DNA of 64,000 bases from Amphiscolops sp. MND2022 (taxonomy: Eukaryota): positions 40,424,001 through 40,488,000 of the forward strand of contig OZ076420.1 of NCBI GenBank assembly GCA_964187785.1, in the 5' to 3' direction. Within the stretch, counting starts at the first letter, position 1. The number at the start of each line of letters is the position of its first letter. Made by a program: the position numbers and the translations under genes. Positions 35,867 through 48,399 of the stretch are shown here, in pieces. The notes below the pieces were generated by a model. The model did no database searches. It was given only the letters and a program-made list of their open reading frames with translations, and was not told the DNA's origin.

Positions 35867-36264
35867 TGTAAAAGTCTAAGGTTTCTAGACTTTGGTTTTT
35901 GAAAAGAGACAGAGAGACCAATAATGTATTGAAGGCCAAGTGTTCGGTCACAAAATGGAAGCAAAATGAATATGAAAAACGTTTAGACTAATGCATTTGG
36001 CAGACAAATGAGCTATCATATTTACAAACAATAACAAACAATAGCTAGCAAGACCTTTCGTGCAAAATTTCAAGGTTATTTGAAATATATTTGCAAAATT
36101 AGAAGATATTTTGAACATTTCAAATATTTTTCCCAAATATTTGCCGTTACCGGGAATTGAACCTGCGACCTTATGGTTCGGCGAATACGGAATATCCACT
36201 ATACTAACTGGTCTTATTATTTGTTTTAACTCCGTCGTATTTGTATTTGTATTGCGCCGCAACA
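35867..36264 (-). repeat. 3' LTR of the BEL/Pao element
   Basis: Direct repeat of 44750-45146. Confidence 0.95.
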
Positions 36265-36419
36265 TCCTCCGGGCCCAAGAAGATGATCGGTCGGAACCAA
36301 AAAAACAACAAAAAACTTTTTTTTCATGATCGGATTGATACAAAAATACATGATACATGTTTTATGTTTCGGAGATACATGTGGTTAATAGGTTAAGTAA
36401 AAATGTTACGGGTTACGAT

Positions 36420-39400
36420 AAATCAGGTAAATCGGGGGGAGGAAGGACTGGGGCTAATTTTACGACTGGACGGACGAGGTTCCGGACGTGGTCTTGACTT
36501 CGGCAGAGCGGGCGACGGCATCGCTGCCAAAGTTATATTTGACGACGCGCGCGAGAGGGTAGTAGCCTCTTGGGCTAGTGGGTTCCACGATCCAAACGAG
36601 ATCTCTTGTTTTCAATTGCCTGTAGGACTGTGAGGACCACTTTGAGCGATGATTCAAAGTTGGCACGTATTCTTTCAGCCACCTGTTCCAGATAGCGTCA
36701 GAATAGGCTTGGGGGCGTGCATATCGCTTGCGGTGGTCGAAATCACAGTTAGAATGGGACGTTAGCGATGAGCCAGCTGATCCAAGCAAGAAGTTGTTGG
36801 GCGTTAACGCATCCAAGTCAGTTGCGTCTGCGCTTGCTGGAACCAGCGGACGAGCGTTGAGGCTCTGCTCCACAAGACAAAACACAGTGGTTAGAATTTC
36901 GTCAGTCAAACGTCTGTTGCCGAGTATCGCGTAGAAAGTATGCTTGAAACTTTTCACTAGTCTTTCCCAGACACCGCCTTGATGTGGGGCACCAGGAGGA
37001 TTAAACTTCCAGTTGACACCTTTTTTCACCATAGACACAGCGATTGACTGGTGATTCCACTGGAGGATGTTCTGGAGAAGCTCCTTCTCAGTTGCAACGA
37101 AATTCGTTCCATTGTCTGACCAGATAACGGAGGGGATGCCTCGACGGGCAACGAATCTCTCAATTCCCATAACATAGCTGCTGGTGTCCATTGATTGCAC
37201 AACTTCGAAATGGACGGCGCGTGTTGTTAGGCATGTGAAGAGAAATCCCCACCGCTTCTCCGTGGAGCGTTTAACAGATACATAGAAAGGGCCAAAGTAG
37301 TCCAAGCCAGTGTTTGTGAAAGGTCGTGCTGCAAACGCCAGGCGTTCTTTTGGCAGATCGGCCATTATCGGGGTCAGCGTCTCCGCTTTGCGTTTGCGAC
37401 ATGTTACGCATCTGGTTTGGATAGTCCTCAGTGTTGCTCTCAATTTTACGATGGCAAGCTTCTGCTGTATCAAGGCTCTCAATTATTCGACGCCTTGATG
37501 GCAATGTTTCTCATGGAGATGTTCCAGAAACAGTCGATCTGCAGGGTGTCGGCTATCAAGCAAGATAGGGTGTTTGACGTCGCAGTTGGCAACTTCCAGA
37601 TGTTTTGTTCGACCTTGAGCACGGAGAAGGCCGTTTGGACCGATGAAGGGAGAGAAATCTTTTATAATTGAAGGTTTGCCCAATGGACAAGACATGAGCA
37701 AATTTTTTGTTTCATAAGGGAACGATTCGGATTGTACCAAGAAGAACAATTTCTGCTCAGCATTTTCAAGCTCGACAGGATCAGTGATTGCTCCTGTTTC
37801 GGTTCTGTTACAAGAGAATTTTGGTAAAATACGCAAAACTTAGGCCACAAGGCGCAAAAGTTTCTCGTACGAGCTGTACTTTTGCCACTCGAGAGTTAGG
37901 ACATTAGAAGCTACACTTGCGGTATTTGCTGTGGTCTCTCGGTAGACTGGCTCGGTGTTGACTTCACTGGAATCGATGTTCTTCAACTTAGTCTTCAAGA
38001 TTTCTCCTGAGGGCTGAAAAGGCCAATCAGAAGTCATCAAGAATTTGGGGCCTTTGAGCCAAGGACTGTTCAAAAGGGCGTTCGCCAGCAGGCCGCGAGT
38101 GCCCGCTTCTGCCGGGTTGTCGGCTGTTGGCACGTAATTCCATTCATCAACTGTCGTCAACTCAAGAATTTCGGCAACTCTGTTGGCGACAAATACGGGT
38201 TTCTTGTCGATGGAATGGAGCCATTGAAGGACGGTTGTACTATCGGTACACATGCAAGTTCTTTCAACAGGTACTGTTAGCGCTTGTTGGACTTCGTTTT
38301 TAAGTCGGGCTGCTAAGAGGGCAGCTTGGAGTTCCAATTTCGGGATTGTTAGCGCGATCATGGGAGCGACACGAGCTTTTCCAAAGACAAAGGCTAACTG
38401 AGTTTCAGTCCCTTCGTTGCTGTCCACTCTCGCACGGAGGAAAGCAACAGCGGAAAAGACATCCTGGGAGCTATCTCCGAATACGTGTAACTCGACTTTT
38501 TCAATAGTTCCGCGAAAGTAGGATCTCGGAATTGTTATCTCACTCAACTTGGGAAGTTCTGCGGCCCATTCAAGAAACTTTTCGCTAATGTTGTCAGGCA
38601 GGTTGTTGTCCCATTGTTGCCCGCTCAGGCGCCAAATGTCTTTCAACAAAAGGCCGGCAGTTACAGTGTATGGCGCGACAAGACCAATGGGATCATACAC
38701 TGCGGACACTCAGCTAAGAACAATACGCTGTGTAATTGGTCGGTTCAGGTCAGGCGTGGTGCCTCTGCTGACAACCAAAGGGTCACGACTGTGGTTCCAT
38801 TTCAAGCCCAATACGTGAGAAGTCTCTTCGTCTGTTACTAAGACTTTAGGGAGTTGAGATTTCGAGTCGACGTTGTTGACCAAACTTGGTACATTGCTGA
38901 CAAACTTTGTTAGTCTGAAACCACCTTTCGCTAACATTTCAACAAGATCTTGAGCTTTCTTGGTTGCTTCGTTGACTGTTGGGCTTGACTCGAGATAATC
39001 GTCCATGAAAAAATGGTTTTCCACACTGTTGGCAGCTTCAAGGAATTGGATTCGGTTGTCACGAGCAGTCTGTTGCAAAGCGTAGTTGGCACACGTTGGT
39101 GAATCCTTTGAACCAAAAATGTGACGTACGTATTGGTACACAGCGACGTCTGATGCTGGGTCCTCCCGCCAGAGAAAACGAAGAGATGGTCGGTCTTCAG
39201 GAATTACACCAACTTGTAAAAACATTCCCTCGATGTCAGCGGATACGGCGTAGGGATATTGTCGCAATCGCATGAGCACATGGAACAACGTTTGCAACAA
39301 GTTAGGACCAGTTAAAAGTTTGCTATTCAGTGAAACACCATGAAATTTCGCTGCACCATTGAGTACGTGGCGTACTTTTTCTGGCTTGTGAGGGTGAAAC

Positions 39401-42400
39401 ACTGGGTGGTGCGGTAGGTACCACTCACGCGGGTTGTCAATTCTGAAACAGTCTGACTTGTCGACTTCAACGATGTATCCCTTGTCGAAGTCGTCTTTAA
39501 TGGTTTGAGCGTAACTCGCTTTCAATTCAGGAGTTTTTTCGAGTGGGCGTTCAAGGGATTTCAATTGCACTAAGGCTGAAAAGTAGTTGTTCGGGAGACT
39601 ACTCTCGTTATCAGCCCACAACATACCGACCTGATATCGGCATCCGTCATGATATGTTGTTTCTTGCAAAATCTTCGACGCTCTAGCATCGGCAGGAGAG
39701 CGCGGGTCTACTTGTTTCATTGCAGCGAAACACTCCATTTCGTACCAACTCCGAAGTTGATCGGCCAACTTGGAGTCACTCTCACTTTGTGTGACAGCTT
39801 TGAAGCAAGTCGAGACGAGTCCCGCAGTCGAAGGCAGAGGTCTACTCAAAACCCAACCCAACGGTAATCAGACGGCAATTGGAGTATTTTTTCGGTCGGT
39901 TTCAAAATACTCCAACGGGCGGATTGAGTGGAACACGTCTTGACCCAGTATCATTTCGACGTCTCCGTAGCTGTACTTGCTCAGAGCAACGGGCTCCAAG
40001 TGAGGGTACTGTTGTTTCAATTGGTCAACATCAATGACATCATTTCCAACATGCAAGTTTTTTCTGACGTATGGTTTGACATCAAAAGTAGAGCAAGAGC
40101 CACCCGAATGAACAGGCGTCAACTTAAGCTCAACTATTTGAGTGTCAACAACTTGTTGCGAATTGATGCCATGAACAGTTAGTTTGGTCGGTAAGCCCTT
40201 TACTTTCAACTTGGTTGCGAGATCTTCGGAGATCCAAGAGTGACCGCAGGCGGAGTCACACAGGGTCAAAACTTTGACGGAGGTGGTTGGTGTATGAACT
40301 TCAACTTCAGTTATTTGAAGAAGTCCTTTCACATCGCTCACGGAACAAACTCCGTAGCTTTCTCCAGCTTTGTTCACAGTAATTTTGGGGCTACGCGATC
40401 CAGTTGTTTGGTTAGTGGACGGTTTCGGTGTTGTTCTTGGTTGAAAACTCTCTCTGCGCCATGTAGCAGGGTGTTGTGAGAGCTGTTACATGCATCTTTG
40501 TTGCACTTGCGTGGTTGCGGACACTGTCGGAAAGAATGGTTTCCTTTCAGACAGGAGAAACAAAGTTTGTTTTCGGCAACAATCTTTGCTCTGTCGGTCG
40601 GCGTTTTATCAAGAAACACGCGACAGCGCCACAGTGGATAGTTGTCTTTGCACACAATACAGGTTAGTTGCACTCGGTTAGGCTTGGTTCCGGTACCACT
40701 TGAAGATGCGCTAGAAGCAGCAGAGGCAAAACTTTCGCACCAGTTTTTGTTCGAGTAACGGATTGCGCACTTTCATCGTTCTTGGGTTTTGTGGTTGAAA
40801 TTTTCATTCTCTCGTGAGCTTCGGCTTTGTCTTTCAACCATTCGTAAAAATCCAAGAGAGTTGGCCGGCTCCAATCCTTCTTGACAGTGTGCATAGACCA
40901 GGCTTCCTTCATGTTCGGGGGGAGTTTCTGTACTGCTTGGCCCAAAAGTGCCGCACTCGACAAGTCGTGTTCGTACTTCAAGGAGCGAAAAACTCCTACC
41001 AACGCCGAAATCGTTGCAGAGAAAGCAATCACGTTCTCACTGTTATGCATTTTCAATGGTGGGAATCCACTCAGTTTCTCTAGGTGAGCGCTTACCACTG
41101 CGTGCGGTTGACCAAACTTACGTTCAAGAGTCTTCAATGCATCTTGGTACATTGTGCCACAGTAAGCAAACTCAGCTATCGCTGTCTTGGCCTTGCCAGT
41201 TACAAGCGTTTTCAAATACGTAAGTTTCGCATCGTTCGAGAGTGGTGCGGAGTCGATAGCACTTTTAAATTGACCAATCCACTCGTGCCATTGCAGTGGG
41301 TCTCCATTGTATTGCTCTAGTTTCCACTCAGGAAAATGGTCTTTTTTGGCAGCAGTCAGTAGTTGTGCAAGATCTTGGATAGTAACTGCTGTTTGCGTTG
41401 CAGGGGGAACGGTTGACTGAACTGTAGTCGGAAATGTCGGAAAGGGAGCATTCACTGGGGCTGTTGTAGACGGTGGAACCGGGAAAGTCATTGATGGGGT
41501 TGTTGTCGCAAGCGGATTACAATAGAAAGTTGTTCCTCCGCTTTGAATTGGTACAACTGGTGTAAAAATCCCCGTTCTTGTCACGATCGGTGCTGCAGTT
41601 GTGCTTGGTAGCGTAACTTGGCCTCTTACAGGCTGCGGAACTGGAGCATGTACTGTGGGGAAGCTACTCGGAGCCGGAAATGTCCAAGCGGACAAGTTCG
41701 GTATGACATGGCTCGTTGGAATGTTGAATTGAGTCCTTGTCGTGGCCGGAGCGACAGACGGTTGTACTTGCGAGAACATAGTCAGAGGTTGCTGATTAAC
41801 CACTGGCACTGTCACGGAAGAAACAGTGTTCGATGTGGTGTTCACGGTTGGTAGTTGAAACATGGGCAGTGGTTTAACTGCAGCAAGTAAAGGTGGAGTA
41901 CTGTTTGGCCTTGGAATTGTAGAAACGGAGGAAATTCCGATTGAGGGAATCTGACTTTGTCCCAGCCCAATGTTAACATCAGCTAATGATCTCATCTCTA
42001 GCGTTGCTTGTCTCATTTGAACAACATCGTTTGATTCAGGAATGACTGCGGTGTTGGACAATCCAGGTACATTGTTTAAATCAACTGTATTGGTCTGCGG
42101 TTGATTTGAAACACTATCAGGTTCATTGACTTCATTAACCCAGTCAGACACTCTCTGGGACGTGGTTTGCTTCGAGTGTTTACTAATCCGAGACAGAGTT
42201 TCATGAAATTCATCGGTCGCTTGAGACAAGTCGTCAGTTAGTTCCAATTCAGTGAGCTTGGCTTCGGCAAGTTTTCGTCTATTTTCTTCTTCCAGTTCTT
42301 CCAATTGGAGAGCTTGTTCTTCTTCCCACCGCTGTTTTTCGCGTTCCAACTGTTTTAGTGCTACTTCTTGTTTCTGTTTAGCCAAACGAAAGGCGTACGC

Positions 42401-42869
42401 GTTTTGTCGTTCTAGCTCTTCTCGGCGGTGGGTTGCTAGAAGAAGGTCTTTATGTCGTTGACTCGATGTTTTACCAGAAGTTGATGATTTTTTGGATGCG
42501 CTTTTGTTGACTGTGCCGACTGATGAAAGGGACTTTACATCGGATCCGGTGCAACTGTCGATATATTCACGAGCTTTTCTCAAAATTTCGTCATTTTATC
42601 TCAGTGACTTCTCTCAACCACTTTTCTAAGTCGGCTTGAACTGTTTCCGAGTCAGAAGTTTTAGATGCAAGCGTAATCAGCTGTTCGTTTCTGGTAAAAG
42701 CTTTCGTCATTGCATCTTCGGTTTCTTTGACAAGACGTTCGACTCGAACCCTTCAATCTCCATTTGCAAAGGAGTCGAGTATCTTCTGTTGGAGATTATT
42801 CAATTCAGTCTGCGCCTTCAACCGATTTTCGTAGAGTTTTTGAACTTTTTCGTGTTGAGAATCTGTCAT
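36420..42869 (-). pseudogene. gag-pol: BEL/Pao Gag-Pol polyprotein with several stops and frameshifts
   Basis: Gag LKTLVTGKAK...LERKFGQP; three knuckles ending CNSSHNTLLH; protease LCDSACGHSWI; RT FMDD; RH LHVFGDSS...KARVAP; IN GLDYFGP...SDNGTNF...WERLV; end RPVVKLAPV in a shifted frame. Confidence 0.94.
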
Positions 42870-43092
42870 CTTGCCTGTTTTTTTTTGTTTAGGCTAAAAG
42901 AAGACAGTCACGATGGGTCGCACGGTGTACGACAGATTAAAAAAAGGAACACGCTGCTGTTTAGGGTGGGAGTTCCTTCTGAACATCAACCGAGCAGTTA
43001 AGCTCGGACACAGCGCAGAAAGGAAGGGAGGAAGCGGGCTTCAACCGGTCAGTTAAGTCCGGACACAGCTACAACTCGAGGGGTGGGGTTGT

Positions 43093-43696
43093 TTACTCGT
43101 TGGTAGCAGACAACGTATTCTTTATCGCCTTGCGGGCGCGTTTAGAGGGGCGTTTGGGGCGACTACGGGCAGTAATTTGTGATAAATCAATTTCATTCTT
43201 CAAAACAAGATTCAGATGTTTCAATTCTATATTAGGACTCTGGTGCAACGCCTTCAAATTTTGCAAATAATCGAGATCCTTTTGCTTACGCAGCGAGAAA
43301 AAATCTTTTTTCAATGTTCAGTACAAGAATGTTTGTCTCTTTCAATTGAAAGAAAATGTCAGGCGTTCGATTCCGTTGGCAGTACACAAGAGCCTTGATT
43401 CTGTGTTGTTAGGATTTCAGAACATTTACTAAGTCAATTACTGACAAGGCACGATAAAAGTTGCTTTTATGTTTACAGATGCTGTTATTAATGACGTCGT
43501 GCCAAATTATCAGTTCTTTTTCGTCTTTGAAATCCTTTTCAATCAGGTTTTGCACTATTTTTTGAGGATTTTTTGCGTGAATATTTAAACTCAGGCCCGG
43601 AATGGAATAAACTTTTTCTTTTATAGCTGTTTGATTTTCGGGGTTAATATTTTCAATTGCGTGATGCAAAGAACTTGCGGCCAAAATTCGCACCAA
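43093..43696 (-). pseudogene. Accessory ~200-aa ORF upstream of gag, SGNH/GDSL-like, one stop and one frameshift
   Basis: ORF 43409-43696 reads through TAA into QHRIKALVYCQR and shifts at an A6 run (~43312) into ORF 43093-43314. Blocks RILAASS / SIPG / IIWHDVINN / ALHQ loosely follow SGNH spacing. Confidence 0.5.
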
Positions 43697-44045
43697 TCAA
43701 TTTTTTTGAAGTTTTTTTTTCAGGGATTATCACAACCGTTTTTTCAAGAAAAAATGCTGCTAGAATGAACACTATTCTTTTCTTTTTCCACAATCTTATC
43801 CAAAAATGCTGTACTAATAGAAAGCAGGTATTCCGAACTCCGATATTTCCGATGTTTATTTTCGAAAAGTCACGGTGATTCAAGAAATTTCACGTTAATA
43901 TACCGCAATCAGGGTAGTTTCCAATAAACTTGCTTTTTTTAAAGGTCTTGCTATTGACTAAACATAGCACATCGAAGTTTTTTCAATTGAAGTTGTTTGA
44001 ACTGTTTTTTTTTAAAATACCTCTGCGGGTTGTTTCCGAGATGTT

Positions 44046-44188
44046 TTCGGGTTTCAGGGCACTTTCGGGTTTCTGGGCACCTTCGGGTTTCGGGGCACCT
44101 TCGGGTTTCAGGGCACCTTCGGGTTTCGGGGCACCTTCGGGTTTCGGGGCACTTTCGAGTTTCGGGCACCTTCGGGTTTCGGGGCAAC
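44046..44188. repeat. 18-bp tandem repeat, about 8 copies (TTCGGGTTTCGGGGCACC)
   Basis: Seen directly, inside the BEL 5' region. Confidence 0.95.
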
Positions 44189-44749
44189 TTCGGGGGTCAC
44201 TTTCTGAGGGTCACTTGTTTTCGTCGGCTTGGAGGGGGGAGGGGGTTTGTTCACAGTTGCCTCTTTATTGTGTCACGGGTCGCCTCCAGATGGGGGTAGC
44301 GGTTCCGGAGTTGTGCTCTGTGGGATATCTTCTTGAAAGTGCCGAATTCAAGCCTCTTGGTCCTCTTGACTGTGAAAGGAGCCTGCTTGGCTCGAGTGGG
44401 GCTCCTTCGTCACTCCAGAGTAGAATTTTTATCGATTAAGTAATGTGTTGTCTTCGGCAGTACAACTTGGAGGTCGTCTTCTGGTAAACTGGGTCAATTG
44501 TTGTAATAAATGGTAATCAGAAGCGGCAATGATTGCTGAGAATGGCACGTGAATGTTTGTCGCGAGTAGCCGACTTCGGGTTTGTCGCGAGTAAATACAA
44601 GATTCAAGAATTGGTTCGCGGCGTGTTATCGTTTTACTGTTTGAGAAATGTTTTAAAGTGGACTCAATCAGGATAAACTCACTGGAAGTTTTCGTAATTT
44701 GATCTCTTTGTCTACAAGATTTGAACCATTTGCCTCTCTATGGCCACCA

Positions 44750-45146
44750 TGTAAAAGTCTAAGGTTTCTAGACTTTGGTTTTTGGAAAGAGACAGAGAGA
44801 CCAATAATGTATTGAAGGCCAAGTGTTCGGTCACAGAATGGAAGCAAAATGAATATGAAAAACGTTTAGATTAAAGCATTTGGCAGACAAATGAGCTATC
44901 ATATTTAAAACAATAACAAACAATAGCTAGCAAGACCTTTCGTGCAAAATTTCAAGGTTATTTGAAATATATTTGCAAAATTAGAAGATATTTTGAACAT
45001 TTCAAATATTTTTCCCAAATATTTGCCGGTACCGGGAATCGAACCTGCGACCTTATGGTTCGGCGAATACGGAATATCCACCATACTAACTGGTCTTATT
45101 ATTTGTTTTTACTCCGTCGTATTTGTATTTGTATTGCGCCGCAACA
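44750..45146 (-). repeat. 5' LTR of the BEL/Pao element
   Basis: Direct repeat of 35867-36264; followed by the PBS. Confidence 0.95.
45035..45088 (-). promoter_or_regulatory. tRNA-type Pol III A and B boxes inside the LTR (also 36153-36206)
   Basis: TAGTATGGTGG, 32 nt, GGTTCGATTCC. Confidence 0.7.
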
Positions 45147-46099
45147 CCAAAATTTAAGTTTTTCAGGTACTGTAAAAGAGAATACTTGACACCATGAAGT
45201 CCTTTAGCTATTTTTGAGCTTTAGATATGGCGCCACTTATGCCGTTCCCGGCTTGTTTGATAACACCTGACCTACCAAAAGTTCTTCAGTTTTTCAAGTA
45301 ATTTCTCATCACTTGACGTAGTGGTCAACGCGGATTTCCTGAAGAGTTAGAAGCAAGGGTACGTCGTGGGTTCGAGTCTCGAACTCAACCAAAAAAATTT
45401 TAATGTTGAAAAGTAGGGGAAGACCAAAGAGTCCCCGTTTAGAACTTTTTCGGGACTATGCGACTTTTTTCACACTATTCCGAATTCACAAATTTTTCCA
45501 ATATATCACCAAAACTTTTTAATCCTGACTCAATTAATGTCTCTACTTCATTAGGTGTAGAAGTAACAAGCCGTGAACGGTCCAAATGGGCGCACATAAA
45601 GCTCAAAAAGAGCAAAGTCTTCCAAATATTCTCAAGATTATTTATGGAGAAAACATTCGTCAGTCTTAGTCTTCCAATCAATATCCTCTTCAGTTTTACC
45701 AATCAATAATCGAAGTGGTCATCCTTGAGACTCAAAGAATACTTTTCCTTGACTCAAAACATCGAAAAGCCCAAATTTGTGAAATAGAAAACTTTCGATA
45801 AACCGCACAGTGCCACAAAGGCCAAAGAAGCCCAATTGATCTATTCTAGCTTTGCAAAGTTAAAATCTGTAGACCAGCACGGGATTCAAACCCACAATTA
45901 GAAGGTTAATTTCCCCAAGTCCGCGGGGTGGACGCCGAATAAGCAGTTATATAGCAAGCTATTGTGCCATATTTGCAGCCAATTGGTCAAGTAATGGTAT
46001 CACCGCTTATTTTGCTTTTCTCCGCCAAATGAGGTAATTTTGTCACTGACCATACCACAAAGCTAGGGATGAAAGACTTTCTTAAGGCCCAACAATAGT

Positions 46100-46160
46100 T
46101 GAGAGAGATTCGAACCTGATACCACCCACAGACCGAATGCTCTAACCACTACACCATGCT
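46100..46160 (-). pseudogene. tRNA-derived SINE head / tRNA relic
   Basis: TGGTGTAGTGGTTAGAGC...GGTTCGAATCT; no full cloverleaf. Confidence 0.5.
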
Positions 46161-47201
46161 CCCCTAGGTATGAGTACTCCCCAGTTTTGCACTCCTTAGT
46201 GTTTTCCACCAATCAGTCGTGAGTCTTTAAACAAAATTTATGAAAGACGTTTCGCGGTGAACTGAAAGAAACACTTGTCATATTAAGTTTTTTTTCCAAA
46301 AGCGTCGATTAGAAAACTTTTCCAAGGAATCACTATGGAATCACTATTCAATTTACCAAAAAAAATTAAATGAATACATAAAAATTTTGTAATATTTTGG
46401 CTAATGTATCTACGGGGGACTAATGGAGACCTCTTCGTTGCCCCACAAACCAAGTTCACCACGGCCTGGGCTTTCGCGCCAATATAAATTTGGAAGTCTT
46501 AACTCCCATCAAAATCAGCTATTGAGACCACCATGCAAACACGAAAAATTCAAAAAGGTTGAAAGGAATTGCTGTTGAAACTACCATGAAGTTTCCCTTT
46601 TGGACATAGCTTCAAAATCCTGGAAACGATGCTTCAAAAAATGAGCCCGGTTATGCTAGGTCAGCAGAGAGGACATGCTCGAATCGAAAGTGCAGGGATT
46701 CATTTTTAGTTCTTTTCAAAGACCAGCGAATTGGCATATTCCTATAAGCATTTCAATGAGCTGCAGCCAACTTGCTCCCGCCATTTGGCGCAGCAGTTAA
46801 CGCGTTTAAGTCTGAGGCCAGAGAACCAAAGAGACGTGAGTTTGAGTCTCCCACTGAAGTTTTCCTGGTTGCAATGTTATAGGTAAGAACAAAGGGACAA
46901 TTTTTTGTTTTTTCCTGGCACAATGCAACTTTCCTGAAATTTTTCACTGAATCCCCCTGTCAACTAGCAATAGAGTCCCACTTAAAGTTTTTTGAGGTCT
47001 TCAGTCAATCACAACCGTTTTTCGAGTCTTAAGGGTGACCTCATTGATTGATTTTTGGTCCCGTAGAACTGCGGAGAGTTTTCTCAAAAACTGGAAACGA
47101 CCTACGACTTTTTCCGGCACTGAGCGATTTGTTTTGACCATGTAGTAAAGTCTCTTGATATCTTGTGAAAGACGATGAAATTTTCAATTTACTTCTCTGG
47201 T

Positions 47202-47584
47202 TGTAATGACTTTAGTTGGCGAGCGGTTAGACTCATTTGAGTTCTCAATTCAGTTTCTAAGATGCGTTATTAGGTCTCAGTTAAGTTTCTCCAAATTGAA
47301 AAGAAAGAGCAAAAAATTATTACAACTAATTATAAAACTCAAGTGTTTTCAAGTGAATAATAAGAGGTTTTGAGAGTAGAGTTATGAAAATAGAATTAAA
47401 AGTATAAGTACTCTTCAACTAATTTCATTGTCTCCGTACTCGTCTTGTAAGTTCTTGTGGTTCTGTATTTCTTATCGTTTGCTGGCCTTCTCTGATTGGT
47501 CAAGTGTTGTGATTCGTCCATATCTTCTTTAGGTAGATCCGTTGATCGAATTCTTGTTATAGATCCATGATGAGAATCATGACA
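47202..47584 (-). repeat. 3' LTR of Gypsy element 2
   Basis: Diverged direct repeat of 60431-60815. Confidence 0.93.
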
Positions 47585-48399
47585 CTTCCCGCGGAAGAAG
47601 GAGAAGTCAGAGTTGAAAAGAAAAGAGCAGAGAAGGACCAGACAGCAAAACAGCACACACCGACGAGTGATGAAGAGGCAGGAATGTTAGCAAAAATGAC
47701 AAGAGGAAGAGCGCACACAAAAACCCAGAGGAAAGAAGAAAAGAAAGGAGATATATAATAAATAGTTGAACAGAAAGAAGGGAAGGGGCCTCGACTTAAA
47801 TTGAGAAAGAACACGAAATTAAAATGAAAGAAAGAGGGGCCAAATAGAAGGCCAGAAGAACAGTAAGTATGTACTGAGTAAACGGTTGTGGGGTAAATAT
47901 GGTGAGTTATACAAAAATAAAAGGTACAGTGAGCAAATAGTTGGGATGAAGAATATTTGGCAAAGACAAGACAAGAAAAAAGTTGGCACAAATGGGCAAA
48001 CAGGAGATTCATGTGGGCGGAAGAGCGAAACAACAAATGTGGGTGATTGAGCACTGCATAAGGGGGTCAAGAGAGAGATGTTACAATTAGGCAAACATTA
48101 GGCAAATTAGGCTGAGTGGTGTGGATTTGGACGGTGAACAGACGTGACCGAATGTCAACAAGGTTGATGTAACAGAGGTCTCAAGCTGGATTGGTGAAGA
48201 AATTGACATGAATTCTACAAGCAAACAAAGATCTCTCAAGAGGCGGAAGGACCGAAAAGCAAAAGTAGTGCAAGTTGTGCCTCTAAAAAAATTGAGTCCC
48301 AAATAGGGGAAAAAGAGCTTCAACCGAGAATGTCTCAAGTATGGGAAACGGAGGGGTAGTTTTATGTATGTCATTGTAAAGACTTTCAGAGGCTGAAGA

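Larger units (their letters stand above)
35867..45146 (-). mobile_element. Full-length BEL/Pao LTR retrotransposon, 9.3 kb, decayed
   Basis: LTRs 35867-36264 and 44750-45146 (TG...CA, about 9 differences); 5-bp TSD CCAAA; PBS TGGTGGCCATAGAG abutting the 5' LTR; PPT GGGCCCGGAGGA. Confidence 0.96.
35523..45257 (+). mobile_element. HINE-like copy E, split by the BEL/Pao insertion (35523-35866 and 45147-45257)
   Basis: 5' end matches copy C; the 3' end GGCGCCACT...GCCGTTCCCGGCTTGTT resumes after the BEL element. Confidence 0.7.

Noticed and set aside
36130-36215. Functional tRNA gene in the BEL LTR
   Set aside because: T stem (GCAGG/CCCGG) and acceptor stem do not pair.
35867-36264. Two independent SINE copies at 35867 and 44750
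   Set aside because: TG...CA ends, shared 5-bp TSD, PBS and PPT show they are the LTR pair of one element.
47396-47656. Paralogous small proteins at 47396 and 60627
   Set aside because: Translations of the two LTRs.
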